64,000 nucleotides of DNA, taken from the NCBI RefSeq assembly GCF_018977255.1, contig NW_024704743.1:100442001-100506000 (forward strand), in the 5' to 3' direction. Source of the DNA: Callorhinchus milii (Eukaryota). Positions 24,150 through 37,545 of this stretch are shown piece by piece. Position 1 is the stretch's first letter; the number at the start of each line of letters is the position of its first letter. Below the pieces are notes generated by a model. The model saw only the letters and a list, made by a program, of their open reading frames with translations. It ran no database searches and was not told where the DNA came from. The translations under genes were made by a program, and so were the position numbers.

Positions 24150-24420
24150 TGCCAGTTGAGATCAGTCAGACCACCAGGAGAAGAAAACAATTGGATTCAG
24201 TGCCTCAGACAAAGGATTCTCACATCTAATCATTATTCACTGACACTCTGCTGGAGCAATGCACAGTTGTGAAAGTCAGCTGAGTATGGGACCAGACTTG
24301 GCTGTGAGGGTTGAATACTTCACCAACACTTACTGTCTAAGAAAATAGATGAAGAATGCCACTTGGGTTACGTTTCTGGGGAGCTGCCAAGGCCTATTGA
24401 TCGGAAGATATTTCTGTCAG
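24150..24420 (+). mobile_element. ancient SINE-like family C
   Basis: ctgctgg..gtgaaagtc..cttggctgtga..acacttactgtcta..atgaagaatgccacttgg, collinear with 30590-30705 and 53365-53405. Confidence 0.55.
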
Positions 24421-24454
24421 GAGAGGACATAGGAGGGGAAGAACAACAGGGGAA

Positions 24455-24790
24455 ATATGAATGGATGGACTGGACTACAAGGAGAGACTAAGTAAATTGA
24501 GCTTGTTCACGCTAGAAAAGAGAAGATTGAGAGGAGATATGATTGCTGGGTTTAAGATTCTAAAGGGGCTCGGCTGTGACAGGCTGTTTCAACTAGACCA
24601 GAAAAGTAAAACCAAAGGACACGGCTTGCGATTGAAGTGGGGTAAATTCAGAACAAATCTAGGGAAACACTATTTTGGTGAGCGAACAGTAAACCTGTGG
24701 AACAGGCTCCCTCGGGAGATTCCTTCAAACACAGATTAGATAGTTTTCTTTTAGGAAATAACATTATGGGATATAGTACATAGGTAGTTT
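24455..24790 (+). mobile_element. CR1 ORF2 C-terminal fragment (different subfamily from the 5535 copy)
   Basis: ORF 24461..24739: GLDYKERLSKLSLFTLEKRRLRGDMI..TKGHGLRL..FGERTVNLWNRLP. Confidence 0.92.
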
Positions 24791-24796
24791 GGGACA

Positions 24797-25026
24797 GAGG
24801 GAGGGAGGTGGGGGGTGGGCGGGGAAGAGAGAGGCTGAGAGTGAATGTGATTGAGAGGTGGGATAGAAGGCATGATTGAGAGAGAGACAGGTGATTCAGA
24901 GAGAGAGGAGAATGATTGAGAGAGAAAGGGGGGAAGAGAATGATTGAGAGAGAAAAGATGGGGGAAGAGAGAATGATTGAGAGGGAAGAGAGAGAGAGTA
25001 AGAAGGATGGAAAGAGAGAGACAAAA

Positions 25027-25072
<46 letters not shown>
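24797..25072. repeat. purine-rich tandem repeat (GAATGATTGAGAGAG units) grading into (GA)n
   Basis: (A/G)TGATTGAGAG recurs five times between 24847 and 24983, then pure GA. Confidence 0.9.
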
Positions 25073-27715
25073 GAGGGCAGCGTTTTGTGGTTCACTGTCA
25101 GGAAAGATGATCGGAGTTTCCATCGGCCACCGCGGATGGTCTGAGGACAGACAACTCCCTTGGCTCACATTCCTCAGCTCAGGTGCCCAGCCTGCAGTGT
25201 CGAGGGCTTTGAGATGTCCTTTCAACATAAAAAGGGCGCTTTGTCAATGTTGTTATGTTATTGGAAGGGAAACAAAAAAATTGCTTATGCAGCCCAAGGA
25301 CGTTTCTCAAATAGGAATTCTGGTCCTGCGGCAGCCAAAAGGTTGGACCACCCTGAATTGGACCATTCATTAATACTGACCCATAGCATTTTGATCAATG
25401 AAAGTTTAACATGTCTGCTAGATTTGCCTACAGGAACCATAGTATACTTGGCAGCAATCACATTGCATGCAAAGTGAGGGAGTTTTTAATATGATATGAC
25501 ACTGTAAAAATGCAAGTTTCTTCTTTCTTCGTTCTATTTGAATTCTCTGAATCCCATGGAGATTATGCGGAACTGCATTATAAGGCACATTAGAAAGTCA
25601 TATCTCCCAAAACAGTGCTGCCTAACTATAATAAAGACAATATAAAGGATAGCTGGAATGAGATACTTGGAAAAAAGAGAACAAAAGTACTTGATGATAA
25701 TGCTTGCATTACGCAGGAAGCTCTGCAATAACCAAAGACCATTTGAATGTTTTGCAATCTAATATGCAAGTGCTGCCTTCGAAAACAATTCAGGGCTTTT
25801 CGCAGTTCAACTGAGGTCATGAACTCACAGTGAAAAATATGTTCCCTTTCTTGGTTAAGAAAAATATCCTGCAAAATATCCCACTCACATATAATTAAAT
25901 ATTAGATAATTGGGAAAAAAAACAGTGTACAAAGTAGATGTCTCTTCATCTGTACCAAAATCAAGCAGATACATTAAAAGCTGAGCCCTGGACTGAATTA
26001 AATAAGTGTACTTGGGACAAAGATCATTAATCAGATCAATGGAAAATACGGTAACGTGGTTTCAGTCTGAAATCAATTTGTAGAGCACAAACCACAACTC
26101 AAAATCCAACCCCAAAATCTTGACAGCAAACCAACAATGAAGACATTTTTTTAACAAGATTCAGAGTAATGCAGATCACTGTGCGCTCCATTTCATCTGA
26201 TCTGTTGTGCACCTGACCTTAAAGCAAGGAAGCAAATTTACAAACACAAAAGATTAAAACTATTTCCACAACAACACTCACATCTGCAAGCTTTATCAAA
26301 AGCAACAGAGTAGAAAATGTGTCAAGACATCATCAATCTCAGTGTATTCACATTCCTTTGATGTCTCCTTTTTATAGACATCAGAAGCAGATGTATTAGG
26401 ACAATCCAGAATCATCCCAACTCATTTGTGGTGATTTGCGGTCAACCGTAATTTCCCTTTCCTATTAGATTTTGCAGCATTGAACATCAAATCATAAATA
26501 CCATTTGCAATTCAAAATACCAGCTCCACCAGTCTAAGCCCTTGCAATTCTAACACCTTGCTTGATGTGCAAATTAACACTGACTGCTACATTTGCAGTA
26601 ACATAATAGTAAATGGCACGAAGAGTGGGAGAAACTAAATTACAATTCATTGGTTATTTATACTACTTTCAAAGGTTTCTTCATAAATAAATAATCCTTT
26701 CATTGGATACAATGCCTCGTCACGCGGTTAAAACACCTCATTGGTGTTTCATGGGTTTTCATGTTGAGTGCAGTAACTATATTTAGTGTGTGAATGTGCA
26801 CACAACAATGTCCCACAAGGAAGCATGAAGTGAAAGACCATTATTTCTATTTCCCTCCATATATTGTGATATTTTAAGAATAATATATTAAGCTAGCACA
26901 GTCTTTACACAGTCCACAAACAAGTGGGGTAAAGATAGCTTCACTGCATTCAGTTTCTCCACAAATCATAAACAGAAGTCTCACAAAGCCTGCCAAGCTT
27001 CACATCACATAAATGTCTTCAGATCTGTCATTTACAGAGCAGACTGCTGGAAGTAACAACTCTGCTCTTTGCAAATGAAGGTATAAACAAAGTATTAGTC
27101 ATTGGTCCTCACATGGATGTCACTTTTGATTACAGGCACTGCAGAATATGGCCTCATAGTCCTGGAACCCAGGTGAATTGAAAATAAACTCAAACCAGAT
27201 ACAAGTAGTAATGAGAGCAAAGTATAACTCTTCTATAGCATAGAGAGAAGAGACTTTTAAGGTCTTGCTTCACGTGATTTTCCTGCATTGCAAATCTTCA
27301 GTGATAAATTAATCCAGGCTGTTGGAAGTAATTTTTTTAAAAGATGAAGACTATGAAGACTGAAAGTTAAGAAAATTTTTAACAGCAAAAAATGCAGTTT
27401 AATAATCACAAATACATCTGCATCAAGGATTTATTCAGTAACCAAACACACAATTTGCTTTCAAGAAGTATTGGGAATCATGCAGGACAACCTGGTAAGA
27501 AAGATGATGAATATTGTCTTTATTCTTTGGAAAAGTGAATGCTCATCTTAATTCTGAACACAGATGATCCGAATATTACTGATCTTTATAGACATTTTTT
27601 AATGTTCTATAGACTTTGTGATGCATAGACTTGTTGTATAGACTTTGTGATGCTGGAAAGTTCGCCCTCTCTGAAAAATTATAAAGTTACTCAGTTTCCT
27701 TGGATACAGTTAAGG

Positions 27716-27850
27716 TATGAGCCTGGCTCAGTTGGTAGCACACTCACCTCTGAGTTGGATAGTTGTAGGTTCAAGCCCCACATTGGGACAATCTAGGCTG
27801 ACACTCCAATACAGTATTAGGAGAGCACTGTATTGTTCAAGGTGCTGTAG
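27716..27850 (+). mobile_element. SINE B 5' part
   Basis: AGCCTGGCTCAGTTGGTAGCAC..GGTTCAAGCCCCAC..AATCTAGGCTGACACTCC. Confidence 0.8.
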
Positions 27851-27909
27851 TCACAGATGGACAGGATGTCATTTGTAACTTTAACCAGAAATGTTTGGTC
27901 ACAAAACCC

Positions 27910-28390
27910 GATTGGAGGGGTTCTTGATGTGATTGGTAGGAGAGGAAGGAGCGAAGCTGGGAAGCAATGACTCTTTCAAGGATCTTAGAAAGAAATGGGG
28001 TTGGAGATGGGCTGGTAATTAGAAAGCAGGGATGGGTCCAGGGAAGGTTTTTTCAGGATGGGGATGACTCTAGTTGTTTTTAGGGGGATGGGAATGGTGC
28101 CAGATGATAGGGAGAGATTGATGATGTTGGAGAGTAGAAGGGCAAGGATGTGGAACTGGAAGGTAAGGAGAGGGGTGGGGATGGGGTCAAGGGAGCAGGT
28201 GGTGTGTTTCATGCTGCATATGGTGGTTATGAGAGAGGAGGTGGAGACAGCTGTAGAGATGTGGAAGGGAGGATGGGTAAGGGATGGAGTGTGGGGGGGA
28301 GATGGGGAGGGAGTGGCAGTTGGGAGGGCAGCTGAATGGACTCCCTCGATTTTGGACTTGAGGAAATCCAGCACCTCCTCACAGTCAGAG
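27910..28390 (-). mobile_element. L2 ORF2 internal fragment (linker and start of RT)
   Basis: TCSLDPIPT..IINLSLSSGTIP..VIPILKKPSLDPSLLSNYQPISN. Confidence 0.92.
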
Positions 28391-29304
28391 TTAACCAACT
28401 CTAACCTATAGTATTTAACATTGTAACATAGTAGTGGTCAATTGAGCTTATCATCTAATTTCCCACAAGAGTCTTTCAATACATCTATTTCTATATTTTA
28501 ATAACCCTGAATCATTTTCAGTAATCAGTGGTGGTGCATTGTATGCCACAGGTTTGCAGAAAATCCTATAAAAAATGGTTTAAGAGCTGGGTAAGTTAGC
28601 ATAAAAAAGAATAATGTTTCATTTAGATTCATGCTGAAGAACCTTACCTTCATTTATTCAGTTCTGCTATTATGGTTGTCAGGATAGCATTTGAAATAAC
28701 GTATCATACAATGAAATATGAAGAGAGAAATGGACTGTTCCAGCTTGTCAGATTGTTATGTTACATGGCTTTCTGCCCTTCTTATTTAAGTGTCAAACTG
28801 CATATACAGTATTTAGTGAAGTGCATGTGAATAAAGGATGTGACACAGCTTGTATTCTGAGGTATGCCTGACAAATGTTTACACTTTCCTCTCTAGAAGT
28901 GAGAATCGGTCAGCACGCAGGGCAGCTCCTTGGCAACTGGAAGAATAAGCGGCCTTTCATAAACTTAAAAAAAAAGCCAAATTAACATATATCCCAAAGT
29001 ATAATCTCTTTAAGTTGTATCATTTATCATTCAGCAGCATTGGGTATCTTCCTAGATGATTACTAAAAGGGATTTCTGGCAAAGGCAAAAATCTTGGAGA
29101 AGTAAACTACTTTGTATCAAAATTACTGCAACTTCACACTACCCAACAAGGAAATGGGAACTGACAAATCCATGTCATCAATTTTCCATGCTCTGTCTAC
29201 TCCATTAACCTGCTCTTTGTCATTAATATTTCCACAAAGGTCTATAGCCTTTCAAAGTTGCATTCCTTGAATATAAATTTATAGTTTCATAGGAACATAA
29301 TAAA

Positions 29305-29730
29305 ATAGTAACCCTTGCAATTGATAGAGTGTCTTATTACAATGTTGAAACGTCTCAAAGCACTTCACAGGAGTTACTGTAAAGTGTAGTGACTGTGTAT
29401 TTTCGGGTAACTCTGCAGCTAATTTGCACTGAAAAATATCCAACAAACAACCATGAGGTGAATGACAAATTTTGTAGCTGTAAGTCTGTTGGCCAGGACC
29501 CTGAGAGAAACTCCCTTCTCTATTTCGAATATCATCATGGGATCTTTAAACATCCTGGACAGACAGGATCTTGATTTAATGTCTCATCCAAAGGACGGCA
29601 TTTCCAACAATGCAATAGAGACCACCCAGCGCTATATTGGAGTGTCAGCCAACATTGCGTTTTCGAAGTTCCTGTTTGGGGCTTGTGCCCCGGAAACGTC
29701 TGACTCAATAAGCACTGCCAACTGAACCAA
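29305..29730 (-). mobile_element. SINE family B
   Basis: catgggatctttaaacatcc..tttaatgtctcatccaaaggacggca..ggagtgtcagcc..gcactgccaactgaacca. Confidence 0.85.
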
Positions 29731-30424
29731 ACAGAACCCTGATAACTGAATAGGTTTTAAAGTACAGTATATAGAATTTCTCCACACTGCCTGGAATAGA
29801 TATTTCCAGAAACATTTACCCTGTAACTTTTTAAACCGAGCAGTCCTGACAATTGGCCACATGCTGTTCTAACACAGGCTAGGCACCATCTCTAAACACT
29901 TTTGGTATGATTCACAAGTCTGACCTTTTAAAAATCAATGTTATGTCTATGACTTTTGACCCATTCATTTCTACAAAGAAATTGCACTAGACTTTTCCTG
30001 TACCAACCTGAATCAAATCAGATCAAAGGACTTCAGCATTTTACCACCCTAATCGATCAATATGGAATCATAAAACGGCACTTTGACATTAATCTACGAG
30101 TGCTTGTAGCAAGGCAAAGCTGGAGGATATACAGGAGTCACCTCTATGGCTTAAATGAAAGTTTGCAACTTGGGAACTCACGACATCTTTGGGGGCAGGT
30201 TCAAGAACACCAGGAAACATATTTCATATCTAAGACAATAGACAAACTTTCCTCGCCAACAAATGATGGAATATTTAAATTGTTATATTGGAAATATTGG
30301 GAGAACCTCATCTCAGATTATACCAATAAATTCCCCCATTTCCTGTCCCTGCTACCTACCACTGATTATTCACATTGACATATATACAGTTCAGTCTTAA
30401 GCCACCGATCAATCTACAGTGGAG

Positions 30425-30870
30425 CTGTCCAGACATGGATGGACCAAGATTCATTCTTTGGTCTATGCTGAGTTGGTTGACTCAGCCACCACAGTTGAAG
30501 GGTTGCTATAATTAGACTGAGTTCCTCGGGCCATTGGAAAGGGTAAGCAAATCAATCAGCATTGCCTTTTTTGATCGCTGTGCAATGATGCATGTTGGAA
30601 ACTGTCCGTGTGTGAAAGTTGGAAAAAGTAGGATTAGGCTCATTTATGATGTGCCCCATTTATGATAGCCCGACAATAGGCATCAAGGTACATAGATGAA
30701 GGATAACAACAACAACAATAAATTACATTTGTATAGCGCCTTTCACGTCAGGAGGACGTCCCAAGGCGCCAGAGAGTCAGGGATCCGCACCTGAGCTAGC
30801 GGTTGGGAAACTGGATAGAGGATAGAATGTATCCTAGGAACCATAACCCAAGCATGAGTCAATACCTTCC
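30425..30870 (+). mobile_element. ancient SINE-like family C, interrupted by an L2 tail (minus strand, 30705-30800)
   Basis: ggtctatgctgagttgg..ctcagcc..ctataatt..tgatcgct..gtgtgtg..aggattaggctc..gatgaag, resuming with ggaaccataacccaagc after the L2 tail. Confidence 0.6.
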
Positions 30871-31466
30871 TACTGAAAATATATTGATGTAGCAAATAGG
30901 AACTAACATTATTTAAAATTCAGATGGTTGCCTCCAGACATATATGAATATAAACAGTCTTTAATTTATGCACATCACTCAGGCTGCATTTCCATACAAG
31001 GTTATTGTCCTGTGATATTTGCCACTAATCATTTTTGCCATTGACAAAACCATTTTTACAAACAATTAAAAATTCTTTAAAGCTGAACGCTATGAAAATC
31101 AAGAGAATTTCCTGATCTGAGCACACAGACACTCTGAAAGAATATTCCTCTTCAGTCAAATACACCGCAGTTCTATAACAATTGTAGGGAATTAACATCA
31201 GTTACAAATCTGTCAGTTTCAAGGCCACAATGAGAGTCAAAACTGCATTTTAAATCAATGTTTTGATTAGTGTCTCCTACATCATTAAACCCTAATGTAT
31301 TTCCATTGTTGATGCAGTCAATAAGTTATTTTAAAAAGAGAATTAGATAGTTGCTTGAAAAAGAGGAATATAAAAGGGTGTGGGAGCAAGGAGAGTTGGT
31401 TTAAATTAAATCGGATCACAAGAGTGTAAACACCAGCTTAGCCTACCTGATGGGCATATTTCTGTA

Positions 31467-31789
31467 AATAATAATAATCCTTGCATTTGATATAGCGCTT
31501 TTCACGTCGGGAGGACGTCCCAAAGCGCTTCACAGAATATACTGTAAAGTGAATTGACTGTATATTTGTGGGCGAACGCGGCAGCCAATTGCGCACAGCA
31601 ATGTCCCACAAACAGTCGTAGATTGAAAATGACCAATTTATTATTGTTTGGGGTTTTTTTTTGGAGGGATTATTATTAGGCGTGTGGAGTAAGGAAACTT
31701 GCCCAAGGTTTCGCCCTGACCTGCCTGGAATTGAACTCAGGTCTCTCGCTTGCAAAGCGAGTGCTCTAACCACTGAGCTACAGGACTCC
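31467..31789 (-). mobile_element. SINE A, short variant, youngest subfamily
   Basis: Complete, nearly identical to 15893-16217. Confidence 0.95.
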
Positions 31790-32084
31790 AAGCAATTTGA
31801 ATTACAGTTCTAGTGTGCTGTTTTATTGAATGGTGTAAAGAAACAGTTGCCATGAAGGAAAAGATCAGAATCTTAAGCACCTTTATTTTCAGAGTGGAAT
31901 AAACCATGCTTCAAACACAATCGTCACTTCCAAATTGTCAAAACTGCAAAATGAGTGATTCGGAATATTAGGTTTTTTACATGAACCTGAGTGAATGTTT
32001 TTTGAAAAATATTTCAAATAATCCTTGCCTTTGATAATAGTAATAATAATTAGAATTATCCTTGCATTTGATATAGTGCTTTTT

Positions 32085-32143
32085 TCATTCATTCATTCAT
32101 TCATTCATTCATTCATTCATTCATTCATTCATTCATTCATTCA
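32085..32143. repeat. (CATT)n microsatellite inside a SINE tail
   Basis: Perfect ttcattcatt... run, with SINE tail sequence on both sides. Confidence 0.95.
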
Positions 32144-32264
32144 TTTCAGCGTAGCTCACAGGTTTTAGTGTAAAATGTAGTGACTGTGTATTCTGCAGGC
32201 AAACACCTAATCTTCCCATGGGCTCAATCACTCAGGTTACTACTCACTTTAGCAATTACATTAA

Positions 32265-32510
32265 TATTAGTCCTTATATTTCACATCAGCAGGACATCCC
32301 AAAGCATTTCACAGGATTTACTGTAAAATTAGTGACCTGTGTATTTTATGGGTAAATGTAGCAGTCACTTTTGTGCACAGCAATGTCCCACCAAAAGCCA
32401 CAAAGTGAATAACCAAATTTTACTTGGAGCCAGACACTGGGAGAAATTTCCTTCTCTTTTTGAACAGTGTCTTGGGATCTTTAACATCCACCTGAACTGG
32501 CAGACAATGT
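32265..32510 (-). mobile_element. SINE B 3' part
   Basis: gcacagcaatgtcccac..cactgggagaaatt..gggatctttaacatccacctgaac. Confidence 0.8.
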
Positions 32511-32814
32511 CACTATATTGTATTCTCCAGCAAAAAGGCTGGAGATTTATATTTACATTTATATTGCTAATTCAGTGCACTTACCAGAAATGCCCACTCA
32601 CAGTGCAAACAAGATTACAAGATTAATACTTCATTTATCTTGGAAAGGTGACCATTTACAAATCGTTTTTACTATTTAATGGCTCAAGTCCAATAGTGCA
32701 TCAAATTCAGGCTGACTGATACATTTCATTTTCACACTCTCATTCATTTTCCCTTTTCCGTGTTTCTCTTGCTTCTCTTCCCTCTCCCTCTTTGATTTTC
32801 TTCCCTTCACCACA

Positions 32815-32930
32815 ATAATATAATAATCCTTGCATTTGATATAGCACTTTTCACGTCTTCTCGACTTCTCAAAGCACTTCACAGAATGACTGTAAAGTGA
32901 ATTGACCATATATATTTTGTGGGTGAAATA
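32815..32930 (-). mobile_element. SINE A tail
   Basis: aataatccttgcatttgatatagcacttttcacgtcttctcgac..ctgtaaagtgaattgac. Confidence 0.85.
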
Positions 32931-34319
32931 CAAGTGATTTACTCACAGACTTGCTGCCTATGCTTACTCTTTCTGCACACATGAGTCATACAGTGAGTGT
33001 TGACAGGCTATTCGACTGTCAATTCAACTGGAAACATTTTGCAGCCATCGTTAATTCTGTTGTCCACACACATGCACCTTCAAACAAGGGACTAAAGGAC
33101 AATATTGTGGAGCAGAAACCCTGGCCAATATTCTTTGACTTTTTATCGGATATAGCCTTTTTTCAGAATTCAGAATTTGCTATTTTGTGAATCGTGCAAA
33201 TTTAATTTGAAGGAAAGTGTGATTAAAGCATGGAATCTGGATTGTGAACAGTATCAGTTAGATCCCATCATAAAACATTTGCGCACTAAAGTATGAGGAT
33301 GAAATTGAGTTGAATTGAAGACTAGATAGTGTGAAATTGGGCTTGAGAAATTAAGTTACATATGACATTTTAATGTGTTGTTCAGTAACTTCTGAATCAT
33401 GAAATGATTGCCTAGATTTCTACACTAATCCAATTGCAGACATCATTCTGGACCTTTTAGATTACAATAGTACAGTAGATTTTAACCTGCAATCATGAAG
33501 TATGCAAGTCTGTTATTTTAGAGTCCTCTTTGAAACACATTCTGATTCAACCCTCATTCATTTTCAACTATTGCTATGCTATGTATTATACAGTACTTTG
33601 GTGGGGGATTTTCTGCTTTCAAGTCCAAAAATATACTGGTAATTGGATAATTTATCACATAGAGGACCACCCTGTTAATAAGCTCCTCTCTAATGCATGA
33701 CTTCATTTATAATGTGGGTATCCTGTGCACCATAACTAGAAGCGTGGTACAACTTTGGTGAAAAATGTGGTTAGCTGGTTAACCGCGCTTGCTCTTGTGA
33801 ATAGTTCTAGTAACAGAAATACTTGGGGAGACCTGAAGATCTGGAAGTGATACTGGCAGCCTTTTTGTTTTACAGTTTACAGTTATTGTTACGCAGGATG
33901 GCTGTATTTTATGTTACAAATAGCCTTGTGATTAAAGTGTGCTCTAATAAGCAACCACATCTGCCCATCTGCCTAAATATTACACCCCACAGATATTTCA
34001 TGCCCTGTCAGTCATGTTATATATGGGCCAAGTCCACTGCACGTGTAAAATTAACCAAACATCAATTCTAACAGGAATGTCTGAGGTGCTACCTTTGGCC
34101 ACATGAACAGTGATTGCCAGACACGGAAGTTACCTAAATGCCTAGGAAATTGTAGGAATCATTGAAGATTTAGACACAAACTATTTGCAGTTGGCCACAT
34201 AGTTTCCTCAGTGGGAGGTTTGGGATTGCCTACATCCTGATATCTGAGTAATATAATTTACTTCCCAAGGTATTTAAAAGTCCCGGCTTGGCACCTGAGC
34301 TGGAAGTGGAGAGGGAAAA

Positions 34320-34480
34320 AATAATTACAATAATATTCCTTACATTTGATATAGGACCTTATCACATCTTCAAGACGTCTCAAATGCTTCACAGAATATA
34401 CTGTAAAGTAAATTGACTGTATATTTTGTGGGTGAAACACGGCAGCCAATTTCGCACAGCAGTGTCCCACAAACAGTTAT
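34320..34480 (-). mobile_element. SINE A 3' half
   Basis: Tail through to cacagcagtgtcccacaaacag. Confidence 0.85.
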
Positions 34481-35477
34481 TTCTGAAAGTGCAGTCAAAG
34501 AAGAAAGTCTTGAGACAGATCTTGAAAGAATCCAATAGTTTCTCCCCCACATTCCAAACTGCTTCCAGGTTATTGTTTTTGAAGTTAGTGACAATCTTTA
34601 TACCTTGTGTTTTACGTTTTACTATTAAAATGAATTTTAAACCAATAGCTGGTGACGAGACACCAAGTCTGATGTAGACATTCGTAAATTATACTGAGTT
34701 GATGATCACAGGGTAGTCAATCCTCGGCTGGGAGCAACAATTGTAAACTTATTCACCAGAATTTGAGTAAAATTAATTTTAAAAGGTAAAATTAATTTTA
34801 GTCATACAGTCACACAGAATAAACCCATACAGAAAATAAAAGCCTCAGATTATGGTGAATTTTAAAAGAAAACAGGTCTATAGCTTGTTATGTGAAAACA
34901 TTGTACAGAAATCGGGGCGAGGTGGGGTCAGCCTCAAACTTATCAAGTCATTAAGTACCAGTTTTAAGGTCACATCTAACCATTTTCTGTCCAAACGACA
35001 ATCTTCTTTATGATCCCTGACATTAATTGAGGAGCAGAGGGGTAGAAATGCTAGAATTACTCTGTTTTTCCAACTCGAACATCATCACTTGCAGAAAGTT
35101 TTACAATCATTTTCTAAGATAATTAGTATGAATCACCATGGTTGCAGCCAAGTTTGGAAGCATTTTAACCTGTGACTGAGCCTAGCTCAGGAAACTGGAA
35201 ACGAGTGTCACTAAAGAGCATTGTTTCACATATGAGATCACATATGTTTCACAGATGAAGTAAGCTGAGGTATTCAGAAGGCCCAGGTCTCAGAATCACC
35301 AGGTCCCTGATTTCTCACTGAAGCTAATTCTCTATTTCATGAGATGATAAGAATGATTGGATGAAGAAGGACCTTTGATCCACATGATCTCATCTTACCA
35401 GCACATTCATTCCAACATCTGTTACTTTCTAGGTACCTTTTTATTGTCGATTGCAACCATTCTACACTTTGGTGTCA

Positions 35478-35570
35478 GGTGTCAATCTGGCTCAGTTGGT
35501 AGCACTCTGCCTCTGATTCAGAGGGCTATGGGTTCAAACCCCACATGCTGACGTTGAACTCACAGTCATT
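35478..35570 (+). mobile_element. SINE B head
   Basis: GTGTCAATCTGGCTCAGTTGGTAGCACTCTGCCTCTGATTCAGAGGGCTATGGGTTCAAACCCCAC. Confidence 0.8.
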
Positions 35571-36074
35571 TCCAGTAGTAATGCAATCAGTTCTCGGTGT
35601 TTTAACCCGTTCTCTGCAAGTTCAGGTTCATCACCTAGATATATAAATGCAGTTGTACACAACTTCTATGTCCCTTTATATTCTAACCATAATTCCATAC
35701 AATACTCTTCCCAACTAGCTTTTGACCCACTTGGTAGCCAATAATGGTTACAGTCTAACACAAATGAAAGTCAATATACAGCATGTACCAATTCAGTAAC
35801 TCTACGAATAATTTCATTACTATCACATAGTAATCGGCTATTCTTCACAAAGACTAAGTGAACCATAATGAATTGCTAGCTTTGAGTCACTATTGATCAT
35901 GGAATCCATAAACTAAACAGTGCCAATTTTCTTCAGTTATTGTATCTATCTGATTTAGCCTCTGAAGCAGATAACTCTCTGCTTCTCTTCTGAGTCTATT
36001 AACATTTATTCTGCTGCTTTTGAAAATGATCTGAATTACACACAATGGCAGCGCTCATAAAAAAATTACAATAA

Positions 36075-36600
36075 TAACAGCAACAACAATTTAGATTGAT
36101 ATTGTCTTTCACATCAGCAGGATATCTCAAAGTGCTTCATGCAGCTGACTGAGCACCTGAACTGGGAGGGGTGGAGCAATGGGGCAGAGGAAGTGAGTAG
36201 AGGTGAGGGGAGGAGGTGAGTAGGGGTGGGGGGGTAGTAGGGGAAGATGACCAAAAGTATGGTCAAAAAGATGGACCTGAAGTCAGTTTGGGGGCAGTGT
36301 GGAAGGATTCCGGGATGGTTTTAGAGAATGGAGGCAGAATGGGGCAGATAGGGTGGTTCGGGACATAACAACAACAACAACAACAAGATTACATTTGTAT
36401 AGCGCCTTTCACATCGGGAGGACGTCCTAAGGCGCTGAAAGCATAAAGCAGTTAGTGCCGAGTGAAGTAAGCGATGGGGTCGGTAGGGTTACAGGAGGTC
36501 ACAGAGGAAAGATGGGGCAAGGTTGTGGAGGGAATTAAATGCAATGAGAAGGATTTCGATTCACTAGGAGAGCTTGTGGAACCGAGTAAGGAGGACATGA
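36075..36600 (-). mobile_element. old L2 3' fragment containing a younger L2 tail (36367-36440)
   Basis: Degenerate tail at 36075-36150, G-rich body, and a well-preserved second (CAA)n tail inside it. Confidence 0.75.
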
Positions 36601-37545
36601 CAGGTTGCCATTATATCACCCTGAAATTTGGTTATTTTCCTATCTTCTTTTGTGACTCAGGTTTTTGTATTAACGATGAGTTGTGCCTGCACACATCTCT
36701 ACACCCCCCAAAGGGTTTCATGTCTTCCAAGTCTTTGAGATTTGAAAGAAAAAGTCCAAAATTTTACAAAAATGAAATAAAAACAGAAAACCTTTAGACA
36801 TGTCCAGCAGGTTGATCGGTATCAGAAAGGGAAGGATAGATCCATGGTTTATTTCTAGTCCTGAATAGAAAATCTGAGTTCTGAAACATTAAGCTGTCTT
36901 TCTCCTTCAGATGCTCATCAACCTGCTGCACATTTGACATTTGAGTTGTTATGTCTTCAGTTGACACTGGTATTCTGCTACGTATTGCCATTCTATTTTT
37001 AGTCTTCATCTACATTTGTGAAATAAAAATTGGATTATTTTGTTGAATATATCTCACTAGTGGAGATCATTTTGATCTTACAAACAGTATTAAAAGATTC
37101 CCTTCAAATGAATGTCCAGCACACTGAAGTAGTTGTCACTTCAATTGGAAAGGTACAGATCCATCGATCGTCCATTACAGTAAAAGGTGACAAGAGTGAA
37201 AAGACATTTGTCACCTGCCTGTTATCACAGATCAGCCTTGAACCATTGTAATACTTATGGTGACAACTAAATGATGGAAGAGTATGAAGTGACATTATTG
37301 GCTACAAGTCAAACCAACAATTCCGAATAGATCTGAACAACTTTTGTTCTTCAAATTGATCAATGTTTACGTTGTAAGAAGGAGGACATGGATCTCTCTC
37401 AGTGTCTTAGGGATTCCCAGATATGCTTTCCTAACAGTAAAACTCAGCAACATAGACTGCACTTAGCCCCATTCACAAGAACAGACATCTCAAAGCACTA
37501 ACAAATGTAGTAGCGAATATTGAGCAGCGAGAGCAAGATTTAAAT

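Noticed and set aside
24751..25228. Ser/Leu-rich ORFs
   Set aside because: Translations of the (CT)n strand of a microsatellite.
29956..30378. 140-aa ORF in unique sequence
   Set aside because: Non-ATG start, no recognisable domain, and no convincing splice signals.
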